Shown piece by piece: positions 29,597 to 43,092 of a stretch of 64,000 nucleotides of DNA (its first letter is position 1; every line of letters starts with the position of its first letter). Source of the DNA: Paraspadella gotoi (Eukaryota; Animalia; Chaetognatha); the NCBI GenBank assembly GCA_051294375.1, contig CM119263.1:29319134-29383133 (forward strand). Reading direction: 5' to 3'. The translations under genes and the position numbers were made by a program. The notes beneath the pieces are model-generated. The model ran no database searches. It was not told where the DNA came from and saw only the letters and a program-made list of their open reading frames with translations.

Positions 29597-30551
29597 GGAG
29601 AGAGGAGGAGACCTTACCTCGCTATCCCCCGCTGTAGTGGGAAGGTTGCCCACCCACCTCTTGAAGATAAGGAGTCATTCGGAGGTCGGACGATCTGTCC
29701 GAAGGATGACTTACCTCGGTTGACTTACCCTCTTTCTGTCCGACCCTCGAACGCCCTCTCTCGACGGGCGGTGGTCGCCGGAAGTTTATACGGTTGAAGG
29801 CGAAACTCGTTAGAACACTCTCAACAACATGACATGACATTAAATACTATAAAAGATTCTCGGTAACATAAATAATAAGACCATGGCATAACATAACATG
29901 ACATACCGTGAACATCTAAAATCAATTGAGGAAAGAGCGTGAGGGACTTCCCCTCAATTAATGCGTAAACGAATAGGTTAATTTGGTAAGTTAATAGAGC
30001 TTTAAGGTGTATCGTTATATTTTACTTTCGTAATATGTAGCCTGATATGGTTAGAATATGTTCTAATTGTTCATAATTAATTTTCTTATATGTTTAATAC
30101 TCCAAAAAAAACTGTTATATTTTTTCTAAGTAAGCGAAATTGACTTGGACAAAGATTAGATGAAGACGACGATGAAAACGACGATAACGACGACGAAGAT
30201 AACGACGACGACGACGACGACGACGACGGGGAAAAAGGAGTCTCTTTTCTCAAGAGGTAAAAAGTAGCGAAATGAGATAAGGAAAATCGTTGAGAAGAAA
30301 TTGGATGAGAAGACAAATAAAGAGGAAAACCATTTTGAAGCAAACAGTCGAGATAACTGGAGAGAGAAAGCGACGGAGGGAGAGAGAGAGGGAGAGAGAG
30401 GAAAGGGTAGGGAAATTATTAAGAGAGAGGGAGAGAGGGCGGGAGAGGATTAAGCGAGGCAGATTAGAAATGGGGGAATGCTGCAGTAGAGGAAAAAAAG
30501 AAGTTGGATAGAGTAAGAGACAAAGAGTTATCGGGGAAAAAAGGGAGAGAC

Positions 30552-30612
<61 letters not shown>

Positions 30613-33600
30613 TAGAAAGTGAGAGAAGGAAAGAGAGAGACACAAACACAGAATGGAATTAAAAAGAAAATGAAAAAGAACATTCGGAAATAAAAAATTA
30701 AGTTTACATTCCAATTTTCAAAATGGTTTTATTCATTTAGTTAATTAATTTTTAAAATTATTGCGATCCATAAACTGTTGTCGTCATTTTTCATAACATA
30801 TTTACATAAAGTAAACGCTTTTAATTCTGACGCTAAGTGCATCGGACTTTTGTTTACATCCAAGGAAAAAGTCAACGGATGCCAACAACAACACCTCTGG
30901 GCACTCTCTCTGTCTCCCTCTCCCCGAGGGCGTCGCCCCGTTTCCCTCACGGAGTCAACATTCTCTCTCTCTCTCCAGGCGTCGTCCGGCAACACGCGGC
31001 GCTCCACGCCCCGGCGCTCCGGAACAAAGGGCGCCCACCGTAGCCCCCTGGCGCGAAAGCCTCTCTACAGTGAAGAGCTCGAAAAACGACCCCAAAAAAA
31101 GAAGTGAAAAGAGAAAATCGCTGTAGGGGAAAAAAAAAAAAAGAGGCCCACGGTAAAAATAGAGAACCAGAAGTTTGAAAGGAAAAACCTTTTTTTTTCC
31201 CTTTCACTTTGGAGGCCGACAGACCGACAGACCGACAGACCGACAGACCGACATACCATCTCCGTCGGAGCGAAAGGAAAAAAAAAACCGAAGTTCTACG
31301 ACGCGTGCCGAAGGTCGAACGCCGAACGCACTGGAGAGACTGAATACGGAATGCGGAATGAGTAATGAGGTCTGTAGTACGAGTATGCTTAGGTATGCTT
31401 AGGTATGCCAGGACTACAGTTGGCTGGATTTAGTTCATTCGACAGTAGGAAAAACGGTTTTGCTGCGGCACTTAACAGTGTAGCTTCGTCCACACTATCT
31501 TTTAAATAAATTTATTCAATGAAATGTTAACAGAGACGACTTTCAGTAATAAACCGTAATAAAGCAAAAATCATGTCAAAACTTAATCTTTTGGTATTTT
31601 CTGCTTTCAGATGAACATCTTTCTGTTCTTTTATTTTATTATTTCGTTGTCTTTAGTTTATAATTATACATAAACGATAAATGATACAAGAGAAAATGTA
31701 AACATGAAATTTAAAATGTAATTTCACAAAAAATAATCGACGCAGAAAAAGGAGAGCGCAATTTTAACAGATGGTTCGTCAAGAATAAATGAAAGAAAAA
31801 AATAAAAAGAAAAAAGAAAATATTGGTTGAAACAATTTGTTACAAAAAAAAAAAAAAGAAAAAAGAAAATGACAGAAAGTAAAAAAAATCATAATTTGGA
31901 TGAAATCGAAAAAACATTCGGTTTCTTTTCGACAAAAATGACAAAGAAAAAATGAAGGACTACCAAACAAAAATATTGTTTAAAACTAAAATAAATTGTG
32001 AAGTTAAAAAAAAAAAACCCTTAAAATGAAGCGAAACAGATTGAGGGGAAATCGAAGTCACTGAGGGAAAGAGAATTGACAGTGACGTCACTTCCGTTCA
32101 CACGCTTTACGTTTTCCCCTCACGTCACCCGAACTTCCTCACGCTCGCCTTCCCCTCGCCCCCTATTTCACACCCTCCCTCACCCGAAAGTCTCAAATTT
32201 GAATCTCACGACTCTTGACGACGACGACGACAATTCCACTTAAGATTCCATTTCGTCACAAGTCAATCCATTTTTTTCCAACGAATTATTGTGAGAATTT
32301 TTTTTTTATCTCTCTCTCCCGGGAAAACCCGGTTTTCCCAAAAAAAGAGTTGAATAAATAAATAAATAAATTTTAGGCTTAAAAACGGAGAATATATCGA
32401 TGGTAAGGACCGGTAAGGTGCTTTCTTCAAATTCCTTCTCTCGTGACGTAGAGAAAAAGGTAAGTTTTAACTCTTTTTTTTTTCCCTTCTTTTCCTTCGA
32501 GTGGCACTTGAGATCAGGGACGGCAATCGATATGGCAATTCCTTCGTAATCAGTAATAAAAAGTTCTCCTCCCAAAATAAACATACAGAGTTTCGCTATT
32601 TCGGAGGTGGAATCGAAATCTCGAAGAATGATATGTAGTCTTTGCCCCTAGCCAGGGTGTTCACTATCTACAGATATATTAAATATTATTATTAACAATA
32701 GTATTAATCATGTTAAGGTAGACTTATCTGCTTCATGTCGTACTTACCAGAAGTCGTTCAAGCCAAATGTTCCATTCGTCTTTTGGTTTGTTTTTTGTTT
32801 CATTAAAAAGTTGTCATTTTCATTTAGTATGAGAAAATTTGAGATTTTAATTTTCGTAGATATTAATCCAAAGTATTCGATACTTTTCGTAGTTTTATTA
32901 TTAGAGTCACGGTCTTCTTGAATTCACAGCCTTCGCTCCTCGTCACGGCCATGTCCGAACGTCACAACATCACGGCCGAGAGTCACAACTGTCTCTTTCA
33001 CGCCTGTGAACCCCCCATCGACCTGGAGAGAGAAAAGCTTCTTTACTTTTGCGAGACGGGTACCGATCTCTCTCTCTCTCTCTCTCTCCCTCTGTCGCCG
33101 GATGGAACCGAGGAGATGGAATTGTGACTTCACCATGACTTTCGAAGATCCCATTCCTCCTCCTCCTCCTCCTCTCTCTCTCTCTCTCTTTCCCCATTCC
33201 GATACAAATTCTGCGGGTTTATGGGGCGAAAGAAGGTATTACGCAAGGTCGTCGGTCGAACGACAAAAGTCACTGAGGCCCGGATCGAGCGTCGCTTCGT
33301 AAGTCGAAGTTTAAAAAGCGATGGTGATTTGGAGAAACTCCTGAGGCTTAGCGTATAACAATGACAAAAACTAATATGACAAAGCATAGAACTGACAACG
33401 ATGACAACCGCCAGTCCTAATCGTCGCTTTTTTCAGCATTTGAACATGACGTATTATTAATACTGTTTTAAGTAACAATAGTAAAAAAATTCTAAGGTTG
33501 ATGCTTTATTATTATTATTATATTTCTATATGTCGCTCATAAGAAGCGAATGTAAAAATAAGCAATTATTATTATTATTATTATTATGTTTAACATGGTT

Positions 33601-36600
33601 GGACAAAAGCTAGTAATTCTAATTCTCTGACCCCTGTATTCACCCTAAAACCGCCAAAACCGCTGTCGGCGAAAGTAATATTTAGCCAATGTTGTTTATG
33701 TCCAATCATGATAGAGAAAATAGCCTATGAGATATTATTTTCAATTTGGTTTTGAAACATTGCACGATTTTCGTTCCATCGAAATTCGCTCTTTTTTCCA
33801 GTGACGTCGCGGGTCAAAACCGGCGCGAATCACGTGACTGAGACGTGAATATCACGTGACTACCAACCGCGAAGGTCACGTGACGACCGTTCGGCTAAAT
33901 CGCCGTTACGTCATCGTTTTCGTCGTCGTCGCCGTCATCGAAGAGTTTTGTTGGTGATGGACCTTTTGACCCTGGGGAAAGCGCGAACTGCGGTGGGGAG
34001 GGGGAGAGAGAGAACGGGGGGGAAGTTAGAGAGAGACAGAGACGGAGTGAGAGAGAAAGACGAACCGAGAGAGAAGAGAGGAAGAGAAAGAAAGATTTAA
34101 GACTGGAAATAACTTATAAGAAAAAAAAACACCAACGTCCCCCAATATCTATAAATATTTTTTTAACAGAAAAAGCTTTTTAGTCTGTTGAGGAATTGAA
34201 GAAAGAAAATCTTTTGACCAAAATGGGAAGGGGAGGATGGCTGGGGGAAAGGAGGGGAAAAGGAAACCACTGCGATGAAATTTTGAGAGTAAAAGCGAAG
34301 CCATTCTCAGAATCAGGCGAAGAAGAGAAATCCTCCTCTTCCTCCTCCTATCGATCCTCTTACGATCTCTCACCCCCCCCCCGTGATCCGCCCCATGACC
34401 CAGGCGGGTCACCGGCGCAGGAGGTGGGGGGGACACCGATCGGCGAAAGTATTCCCTCCATTAACGGACGTATGGCAAAATGGCGGGCGGTGGCAAAAAT
34501 GCGATGCCACCGCCGAAGTCGTCTTTGGAGGTGACGACGGGGGGTTGAAGGATGGGGGGGGGCTGAAAGAGAAAGTGAGAGAGACAACAGAGATGGATCG
34601 GGCGAAGATGCTTTGAGCGATAACCGAATCAAGACGATCCAAAATATGTTAAGACTTACATAACTCTCGCCTATTAAATGTTTAAATGAAATGTGACTTG
34701 AATGTATGAACCTTAAATTTACCTTTAAAACCTCGTCTCGCTTGGTGAATGGTAATAGTTTTAAATATTCTGTTAAAATAGAAATATTTAAAATAAAATA
34801 TTTCAAAATAATGAAATAGAGAGATAAATACATACATAAATTTGAATTAGTTAATAAAATGAAGAAAAATACTTTGAATGATACAACCCGACAAATGACT
34901 GACTCGTTCAGTTACCAAAAACCTCCCAAGGGCAATCTTCTCTTTTACGATTCCCCAAAATTCTAGCCAATCTCAGTTCGACTCTTTATCTTTTTCCCCC
35001 CAAAAAACCGATTTCGCTTAAAAATCGAGTTTTATTAAGCGTCCGACGCTTAACTTTTGGAAGGCGACGTGTTCAATTTTCGGTGTTTATATTGGAATTT
35101 CGTGGAAGCGAAACGAATCCGCCTTTCGTCTCCTACGTTACCATTTTTAATCCTGTTAGGAAACGTCTCGCTCTCTCTCGCTCTCGTCGGTCGGGAATTC
35201 CATCGCCCCTTGGAAAAACACCCCCCCTTCGACTTCTTGTCAACCGCAGCAAATAAACGAGAGATGGAAGGAAAATATTGAAATGGAAAAGACGGAAGAA
35301 CGGTGGTAAATTATAAACATTGAGTCATAGATACCAGATTGAGTATTGTGGATAAAAATTCTCCTCCTTAACCCACGTCGCCATAGTATAATAATAAGAG
35401 ACGAGTACTTGCCAAATATCTCAAAGTGGAATATATCTTGCTTTTTTTTCTCTGTCAAGTCAATCTTTTCAAGGCTTTTCTCTCTCTCTCTCCAAAACTT
35501 AAAAACGACAAAGACTCCACAGTTTTACGACGTTTCAACTTTTTCCCTCCCGCTATCAAAAAAAAAATCTCTCTCTCGAAATTTCGCGGTGAAAATAAAC
35601 AGGGAATGAAAGGGAGAAATGATTTCTTTTTTCTTCTTTGTTGCGCGAATCTAACTTTTGACCCCCGAGGATTCCGTTAATGATCCCTCGGGCCACCCGA
35701 AGACGCGGAACCGACTAATCAGCTTTTAGAAAATCCCATAGATTTGGCCAATGAGAGGCCTCCTTTCCGTTGCTGGCCGTCACTGAACGCACCCTCAAGC
35801 CAAAAACTCGGCTCGAGCCTTTCTCGCTATTGTTCGGAACCGTTCCACCGAACGCCGACCCATAATCGACCGTAACATTTCGACGAAGGGCCCGGATTTG
35901 CGGGGGCCGGGGCTTTCGAGGGCTCTCGACCAACGAGAGAACGGCCCTGAAGACGATGGACCAATGAGAGAACGGTAATCCGGGACTTGGGCGTTGCGCG
36001 AAAGCGAGAATGCAAACCTTCTCTCCTCTTTTGAGAAGGAAAAAGGTTTCGTTCAATGAAAGTCACGACGTCAAAAGAGCGAAAAAGAAAAAAGTCGAGG
36101 ACTGAAAATGAAAAGAAAAAAAAAAGGAAAGAGAAAAGATGAATGATGAGGGAAAGAAAGACGTTTGCTTTTGTCTACGGAAATGGAACCAAACTACCAT
36201 GCCTCCTCCCGCCTCCCCCCTCCCGAGACACCAAATTGATGTAATTGGTTTACAGGAATTCCACATAAAAAACATTAACTCGTGATTTTACAAAAATGTA
36301 TTTTTAAAAAAATGCGCGGCACAAAAATCGAAATTGTACTATATTTTTAATTCTTCATGATTCCATGAAATCAATAATGAGAAAAATAAAGTAAGAAAAC
36401 AAAAAACTTTTAACCCATTTCGGCCTGATCTATGAGACATTTAAGAGATAACTGGCCACTGAAACATTGACAAGTAGTCTACGTATATAAATAGAAAAAT
36501 GATTTCGCGACAAAGGCCTAAATTCAGTTAATCCTCACTTTAGACCGAAAACACAGACAACTTATAAAAAATATTTAATTTTACTAGAAGTTAATAGTAA

Positions 36601-36677
36601 TATAATATGAGCCCAAACCTCAACAAACTATGTCTAAAAAGTAATTTAGAATCTTCACATCTCAGGTCTCAACATCT

Positions 36678-39600
36678 TCACGTGAGATCGACGCTTCTGT
36701 GAATAGGCTCGTCCACGTCTTCTCCCCAAAAGAACATGAAGTCGAGGATCTGCGCTGCAGCGCCGGCGCCGCAATTGTTCTCTAAGATGCGCAGCACGAA
36801 GAAGGCGTCGGTGCCGAAGTCGGCCTCCAGCGCCTCCAGCGCCGAGTCCGAGAAAGACTCGTTGGGTCGGCACCAGCGAAGGCGGTGCTTTAAGTAGGTC
36901 GTCCGCGGACAGAGCAGCACCTGGGAGATAGAGGGGAAGGAGAAGGGGAAGGAGAAGGGGAAAAGGGAAAGGTTGAAAAGGGAAGAAGTTAGCGGAGATA
37001 AGAGAGGGGAAAGGAGAGAGGGGAAAGGAGAGAGGGGAAAGGAGAGAGGGGAAAGAGAGAGGGAAAGTAGAGAGGGGAAAGGATGAGAGGGGAAGAGGGA
37101 GGAGAGGGGAAAGGAGAGAGGGGAAAGAGAGAGGGGAAAGGAGAGAGGGGAAAGAGAGAGAGGGAGGGGAAAGGAGAGAGGGGAAAGGAGAGAGGGAAAG
37201 GAGAGAGGGGAAAGGAGAGAGGGGAGGGGGAGAAAGGAAAGGAAGATAAGGGAAAGGAGAGAGGGGAAAGGAGAAAGGAGAGAGAGGAAAGGGGAAAGAG
37301 AGAGGGAAAGGAGAGAGGGAAAGGAGAACGAAGAGGAAAAGGAGAGGAGAAAGAGAGGAAAAGGAGAGGTGGGAAAGGAGAGGGGTGAAAGGATAGAGGA
37401 GAAAGGCGAGTAGTAGCAGGCATTTGAAAAAGACAGTCAAAAAAGAGAGAGAGCGAAATGAAGAAAAGGATATAAAGAGATTTATTATATTACAAACCTT
37501 GTACAGCCATCTGCCGGACGATATCACAATCAAAACAAAAAGCACGAGATAAGCGGAGAGGACGAGGATAAAAACGTATTCGTTGTAGAGGTTGACGGGA
37601 AGAGTGCAGACTACGCCGAAGTTTAGAAGATACGAGTGTAGCTGTGGATCACCTGTGAAAGCAATATGTCAAATGTATTTTACACATTTTATTACAATCT
37701 AAATTTGAAAAACTTAACTCACCCGGAAATTCGCAATAAGTCAGCAAAGGAAATATCTCTTTGTCGAGAGGAAGCTTCTCGTAATTATACATACTTATGT
37801 ACAAATAAGAGAAAAAATATTGCAAGACGTTGACACGAAGCAATGAGTTGAACAAAACAATCTGAAGCGCCAAATTTAGTAAGTAAAGCCCTTTGCAGAA
37901 CATGTAGTAGAAAAAAACCTGGATAAGGAATGCGATACATTCTTATAATTTAAACTGCTTAAGCTTCATACAATTCTTGTTTAATAACTAAGTTGGAACC
38001 TTAGATATCCATGGCGGGAGAACATTTTTCTTTTTCGAATTCGAACCGTTTTTTTTATTTTTCTCTCCTGTGGAATTAGATTTACGATTGTTTCTTTTCA
38101 TTTCCTAAGTGAAAATTACCAAGTTAAGCCAAGTATAAATAATAAAAGGGGAGTTACGTTACTTAATTACAGGATTGAACCTTGATTGTGATTCGCCGAA
38201 ATTCTGAGCCCATGTTGCTTAGCAACGTTTTGCGTTCGTCGTCACTAAGGGAGAGAGATGCGATCGCGTGGCCGGCGCTAACCTAAAAAGTAAAATATTT
38301 ATTTATGGTTAATTACGAATTCATATAAACAGTGTTAGATTTAAGAAAATGAAATATACGTAGCACTACTCAACAAAAATGTAATCACCATCAAACCATC
38401 AAACGGTTCTCGTTTCTTCCCTTTCTCTTTCGCTTAATTTTTTTCCTTTATTTTCGAATTAAATACGTAAATAGATCAACAATGTTGAGTTGTTGACTCA
38501 CCATTTCGACGAGGTTAATACCAGCCGAACGGCAAAGTGATTTCCACGCGACGTGAGGAAAGTAAAACATGAAACTCATAGCGCAGAGAACAACTGGAAA
38601 CCAGCGATAGTATCTAAACAAAAAGGAATAAAAACATAGTTAAACTGATCGTAATAAATATTATATAACACAAGAAAAATCTCAATACAGGGAGGTCCAG
38701 CTCCTACGCGCAATCCGACGTGGGTACAATCCTACGTGGGTATTATAAGCCTAATAAAACCTAAAAATTTATATATATGTAAAAAAATATTAAAATAATA
38801 TAATCTACTAAGATAATTCATATTAGGCAACTATGACCTTCTCAAAGTGTCAAGGGAAGGTGGCGTATGCTTCTGCTTTTTTAAATATAATCTTTTTTTT
38901 CTCTCACAAACCGTTTTTGTGCTGTCAGCAGCTGAAGTTAGTCCCATTAGAGCTGGACCTCCCTGTACATACATTTTCAAAATCGCAATATAAAATTGTC
39001 ATAAGCAATAATGAATTATATAAATTAATAAACTATATATACTATAACTATAAAATTTAATTTGCCACGTACACTAAAATAATTTGAACATCCCACTCAA
39101 ACTCACGAAGCATCCTTGACGGCGCGCACCCTGTACGGCTTTGCCCGGACAGGTGCCCCGTTTTTCGCCGGCGAGGCGTCTTTCGTCCACAGAATCGGAT
39201 CGAAGTAAAGAATCCGAAAAGCGTCGTCGTCGTCGCTTTTTTCAACGTCGCTCTTATCGTCGTCTTTGTCGTCGCCGAATCGCGCGTTGTTGTCCCAAAC
39301 TTTTGTCCAGAGTTGTCGAGGGTCGCGCTCGTGGACGCTGTAGTAGGTTCCTTTAGACCAGCAGTAGTTGGTCGCGTACTCTACCTGATCAATGGGATTT
39401 ACATTAAAGGATTAAGTTTGACAATGTCCAATGGACATCTGACAAACAACGGAACCTAAATTGAACAAATGATAATGGTTCTTAACCAAATTCGTTTTGG
39501 TTTTCCCTGGCCAATCTGTTTAACTAGTGTTCTAACGTTCCGCCCCTTTCTCGAGGTTAATTTTTGTTTGGCCTGCCCACCATTTATTGTCGTTTGGTTT

Positions 39601-39976
39601 TTTCCCTTTTTTTTCCTTCGATCCAGCATGAAAGACTCTGGATTCCCAGGTCACTTTTGTCTTTCCATTTCTTATCTATCCTCTGCTCTCCTTCATCTAT
39701 CCCTTCTTGCCCTTCCCCCTAACTTCTTTTGATGCTCCTCACAATTTCGGCGTTCACATTCGTTTCACCATCCCCCCCCACAACCTGAGGATCCGTGAAG
39801 TGCTGCGGCGTGAAGCAGTAGATCTGCTTTCCGACGAGACTCTTGGTCGAGAGAAAGATGACGCAGGTGATTACGAAGGTGACGGCGTAGAAACGATTGA
39901 GACGGTCGACGCGGTCGTCGGTGGCGCTTCGTCCGCCGGCGAACCAGTCGCCTTTGAAGTCCATCATGAACGACAT
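36678..39976 (-). CDS. Innexin (invertebrate gap-junction protein), ~8 exons
   Basis: DDRVDRLNRFYAV..IYCFTPQHF (39785-39976), VEYATNYCW (39107-39384), YYRWFPVVL..FYFPHVAWK (38502-38613), FPLLTYCEF (~37722-37918), VCTLPVNLYNEYVF (~37497-37651), GTDAFFVLRILENNCG (36678-36920). These are the innexin signature motifs, with two Cys per extracellular loop. Confidence 0.92.
36925..37400. repeat. Purine-rich minisatellite (GGAAAGGAGAGAGG-type) in the last innexin intron
   Basis: Seen directly; source of the FPLSP/GERGK artefact ORFs. Confidence 0.9.
38688..38965. mobile_element. Tc1/mariner-type MITE in an innexin intron
   Basis: Perfect 16-bp TIR CAGGGAGGTCCAGCTC / GAGCTGGACCTCCCTG flanked by TA on both sides; the same terminus recurs at 62981-63007. 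Confidence 0.85.
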
Positions 39977-40831
39977 TGTGAAGAGGGGAGGAAGAGGAAA
40001 TAGTAAGATTTAATGAAAATTTGAAAACAAATAATGTAGACTCGTAGATAGATTAAGACTCGAAGAGTCAAGTACGACTTTCCGGAGTGAAAAGGAAAGA
40101 ACCCGCATTCGCTCAAAAACGAAATTCATTTCCTCGTCCAATTAACACGAATTGATTAGCGCCCGTTATCGGGAGAAGGACCTACTTATAACCTTTGTCT
40201 TGCCCTATGGCCGTTCTCAATTTCATTGACATCGTCGTCGAGTCGATTAATATTAAATACAGAGTGAAGTTAAAACGGCAATGTTGACAAACTTGCGAAA
40301 GTAGACAATAGTACGTCTTACCTCTGTATTCAACTTAGTCATGATCCAGAAACTTTCGCTGATGTTATTTGGTTTGAAAAGTAAAAGTCCTAGTAGAAAA
40401 AGTAAAATTGAGCAAGAGTATGTATTTGGGTAAAAAGACGAGAGAAAAAAAAATAAAAAAGGGTAAAACTGGGCCAATGTAAAAACCATAAAAACTTTTT
40501 TGATCAATAAGGTCGTAGTAAATTAAAAACTTGGTAAAATATCTTGCGCAATTGATTAAAAAGAGGTATATGTACAGTAATAAACTATTCACAATGACAT
40601 GATAATAGAAATAATGCGGCAGGTTGTACAACTAACGAGTAAACGTTTGAAAAACGTTTCTAACTGCAAAGAATGCTAATTGCGAGTTTATTATTGTTGT
40701 CCATTGACGGTTCAATTTTATTAGCGGGGTTCCAAATCTCTTCAACTCTGTGAAAGAAAAAAAAAAATGACCAGACGTAATTATCATATTACGTCAACAA
40801 AAATCAATAAACAAATACTAACCTCCACGCG

Positions 40832-42285
40832 TCAAAAGGTGTTCTCCACCCGGCCTTTCAAATAGGCCCGTTGCAAAAACTTTCGAAACTTATTAACCTC
40901 GACGAGATCGAGAGCGGAGGCGGCGACTTCGGTGGCGTCCGCCTCGAACACCACGTCGCATTTTCCGAGTCTGAGAGAGCAGGTGACGCGTCTAAAGGTC
41001 GAGACGGACGTCGTCTTTTTGACGGCGAAGGAATTGAAGAGTCCGACCATTCGGTCCACGATCGAGGAATACCATGAGGTTCCGCTAAGCCTGTACGTTC
41101 CCAGCAGCTGCTCGCAAACGGGTTTCCTTAAGGAGAGAGTGGATGTGCTAAGGAGGTGGAGTTGAGTTTTCCAAAGGGAGGCTCACAAAGCTTAGCGCTT
41201 ATGTAGCATAAACTTTATAAACAAATTAATATTGTCAAATTAAACTAAGAGCGAAAGCCGCTCGAAGAAAAACATTTTTACAAAAAAATTATTTGCTGAA
41301 TTCGTCAAACTCCCTCGCACGTTTATTGTTAACTGTACAGAATGCAGCCGACTCGTCTTCGTATCCCACATCATAATTCGCGGTCCTTGTCCGAGACAAA
41401 GGCTAATGCGAAATTACCTACATTTCCCCACCGAGGAGAACATGCGCAGTAGCGTCGTTTTCTTGAGCGAGAATTCAGAAAACAAATTGGGACTCCACCA
41501 TTTGCAAGACATGAGATGGTGAGACTCGGAGACGCAGATGAAGTCGGGCTCCGAACGCGGGACCCTCTGGACGAGCGACTCGGACGATGAAGGCAACGAG
41601 GAGAAACGAACGAGGTTGTCGTCGACGCTACGACGCTTTCGAGTCGTGCCGCCGCCGGACGCATCGGAAGGATCGGAGGGATCACCGGATCCGTCGGAAG
41701 GGTCAGAAGGATCACCCGATGAGTCGGAAGGGTCTGAAGGATCGGAAGGGTCAGAAGGAGACGAGACGGCTTGACGCCTGACTCGTTTTAATGGCTCCAG
41801 TTCGTCGCCAATGACGAAAGGCTCGACGCGGATTTCGTCTTTGTCGTCGCACAAGGGAATGTCGCAATAGCCGGTGGTCATGTGCAAGTCGACGTAACAC
41901 CAGGGGCCATTAAGATCTTGGTTCGGATTCCGACAATAGGCTGGAGTTATGAGAAAAGATCGTTGTTAGCCCGATCGTCTCATCGGGCATCGACGACATT
42001 CCATCTTCAGTTCAGACTAACCTTCTTCGAGGTTATTTTCGGAGGCGACCAAAGCAGCGACTGTTTCGTCTTTGTCTTCAAACAAACTCCACGCCAAACA
42101 AGGTCTGTTCCCTTCGGCGACAGTCTGATTCCCAGTGTAACCTTTGACGGAAGAGAGACATGAAGAATGGCTCTTATAGTGATAAATTGGTAATCAAGGA
42201 TATATTTACCGTTGTCTTTAGACCAGCATTCACAATTTGAGCGTCCGATTCCCAAAGCCAAGAAAAGTATAAGTAGGAAACCCAT
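40832..42285 (-). CDS. Secreted single-kringle-domain proprotein (3' exons below ~41420 uncertain)
   Basis: Signal peptide [14 protein letters not shown]. Spliced kringle [57 protein letters not shown] across exons ~42210-42285, ~42022-42141 and ~41417-41940, followed by RVRR and RKRR sites. Confidence 0.75.
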
Positions 42286-43092
42286 TATTTGAAATACTTG
42301 CCTCGCTGAAAATCAAAAATTTACAAATAAAATTAACGGAAAAAAATAAAGAATATAATTATAAATGAAATACGAAATAAAGCAGATACTAGTTACGATG
42401 ACAAACAAAAACAAACATTACTATAATAACTGGGAGGAGGTCAAATATAATAAATTTTCGGCAAGGATTTTAGAGCGACAACGATGCAGAAGTATGAATT
42501 AATCGGGTTAATTTAACTTTTTTTAAATTTTAAATTTAAAAAAAAAATTAAAATTTAGCCAAATAATCAATGCCCATATTCGACGATGATGATTATGCCG
42601 ATGACCCTATTAATATTATTACAATATGTATGAAAGGAGATCATAGTTAAAACATTAATGGAATAATAACAAACAGCAATGTTTATAAACAAATATTTTA
42701 CAAAAGGAAATCTAGACAAGAGCGACGAATTACAACGAGGACTTATGTCCAACAATTCACAGTCCAAACAAGTGTTACGTCTTTTGTTTTTCCTTTTCCT
42801 TCTTCTCGACTTTCGCGCCTTTATCGTCCGTCGCGTTAAACAAAGACAAAATACCTCTTATCTCCTGTCGACTTCCATCGAGAAGACTCCATCGAACAGA
42901 CTGCACCGGTTCTTGACAGAATTGCGCAATCCAGAGAAATCATAAGAAATTTAAGGAAACAAAAAGGCAAACTCTTCAACCTATATAAAGGTTGTCCAGG
43001 GTTGTCGAATCAAATCCCTGCAACCTTATCAAATATATTTTACTAATATCGCTCTAAAACTCTCTAATCGCTCAACAACCTCTCTCAACGCT

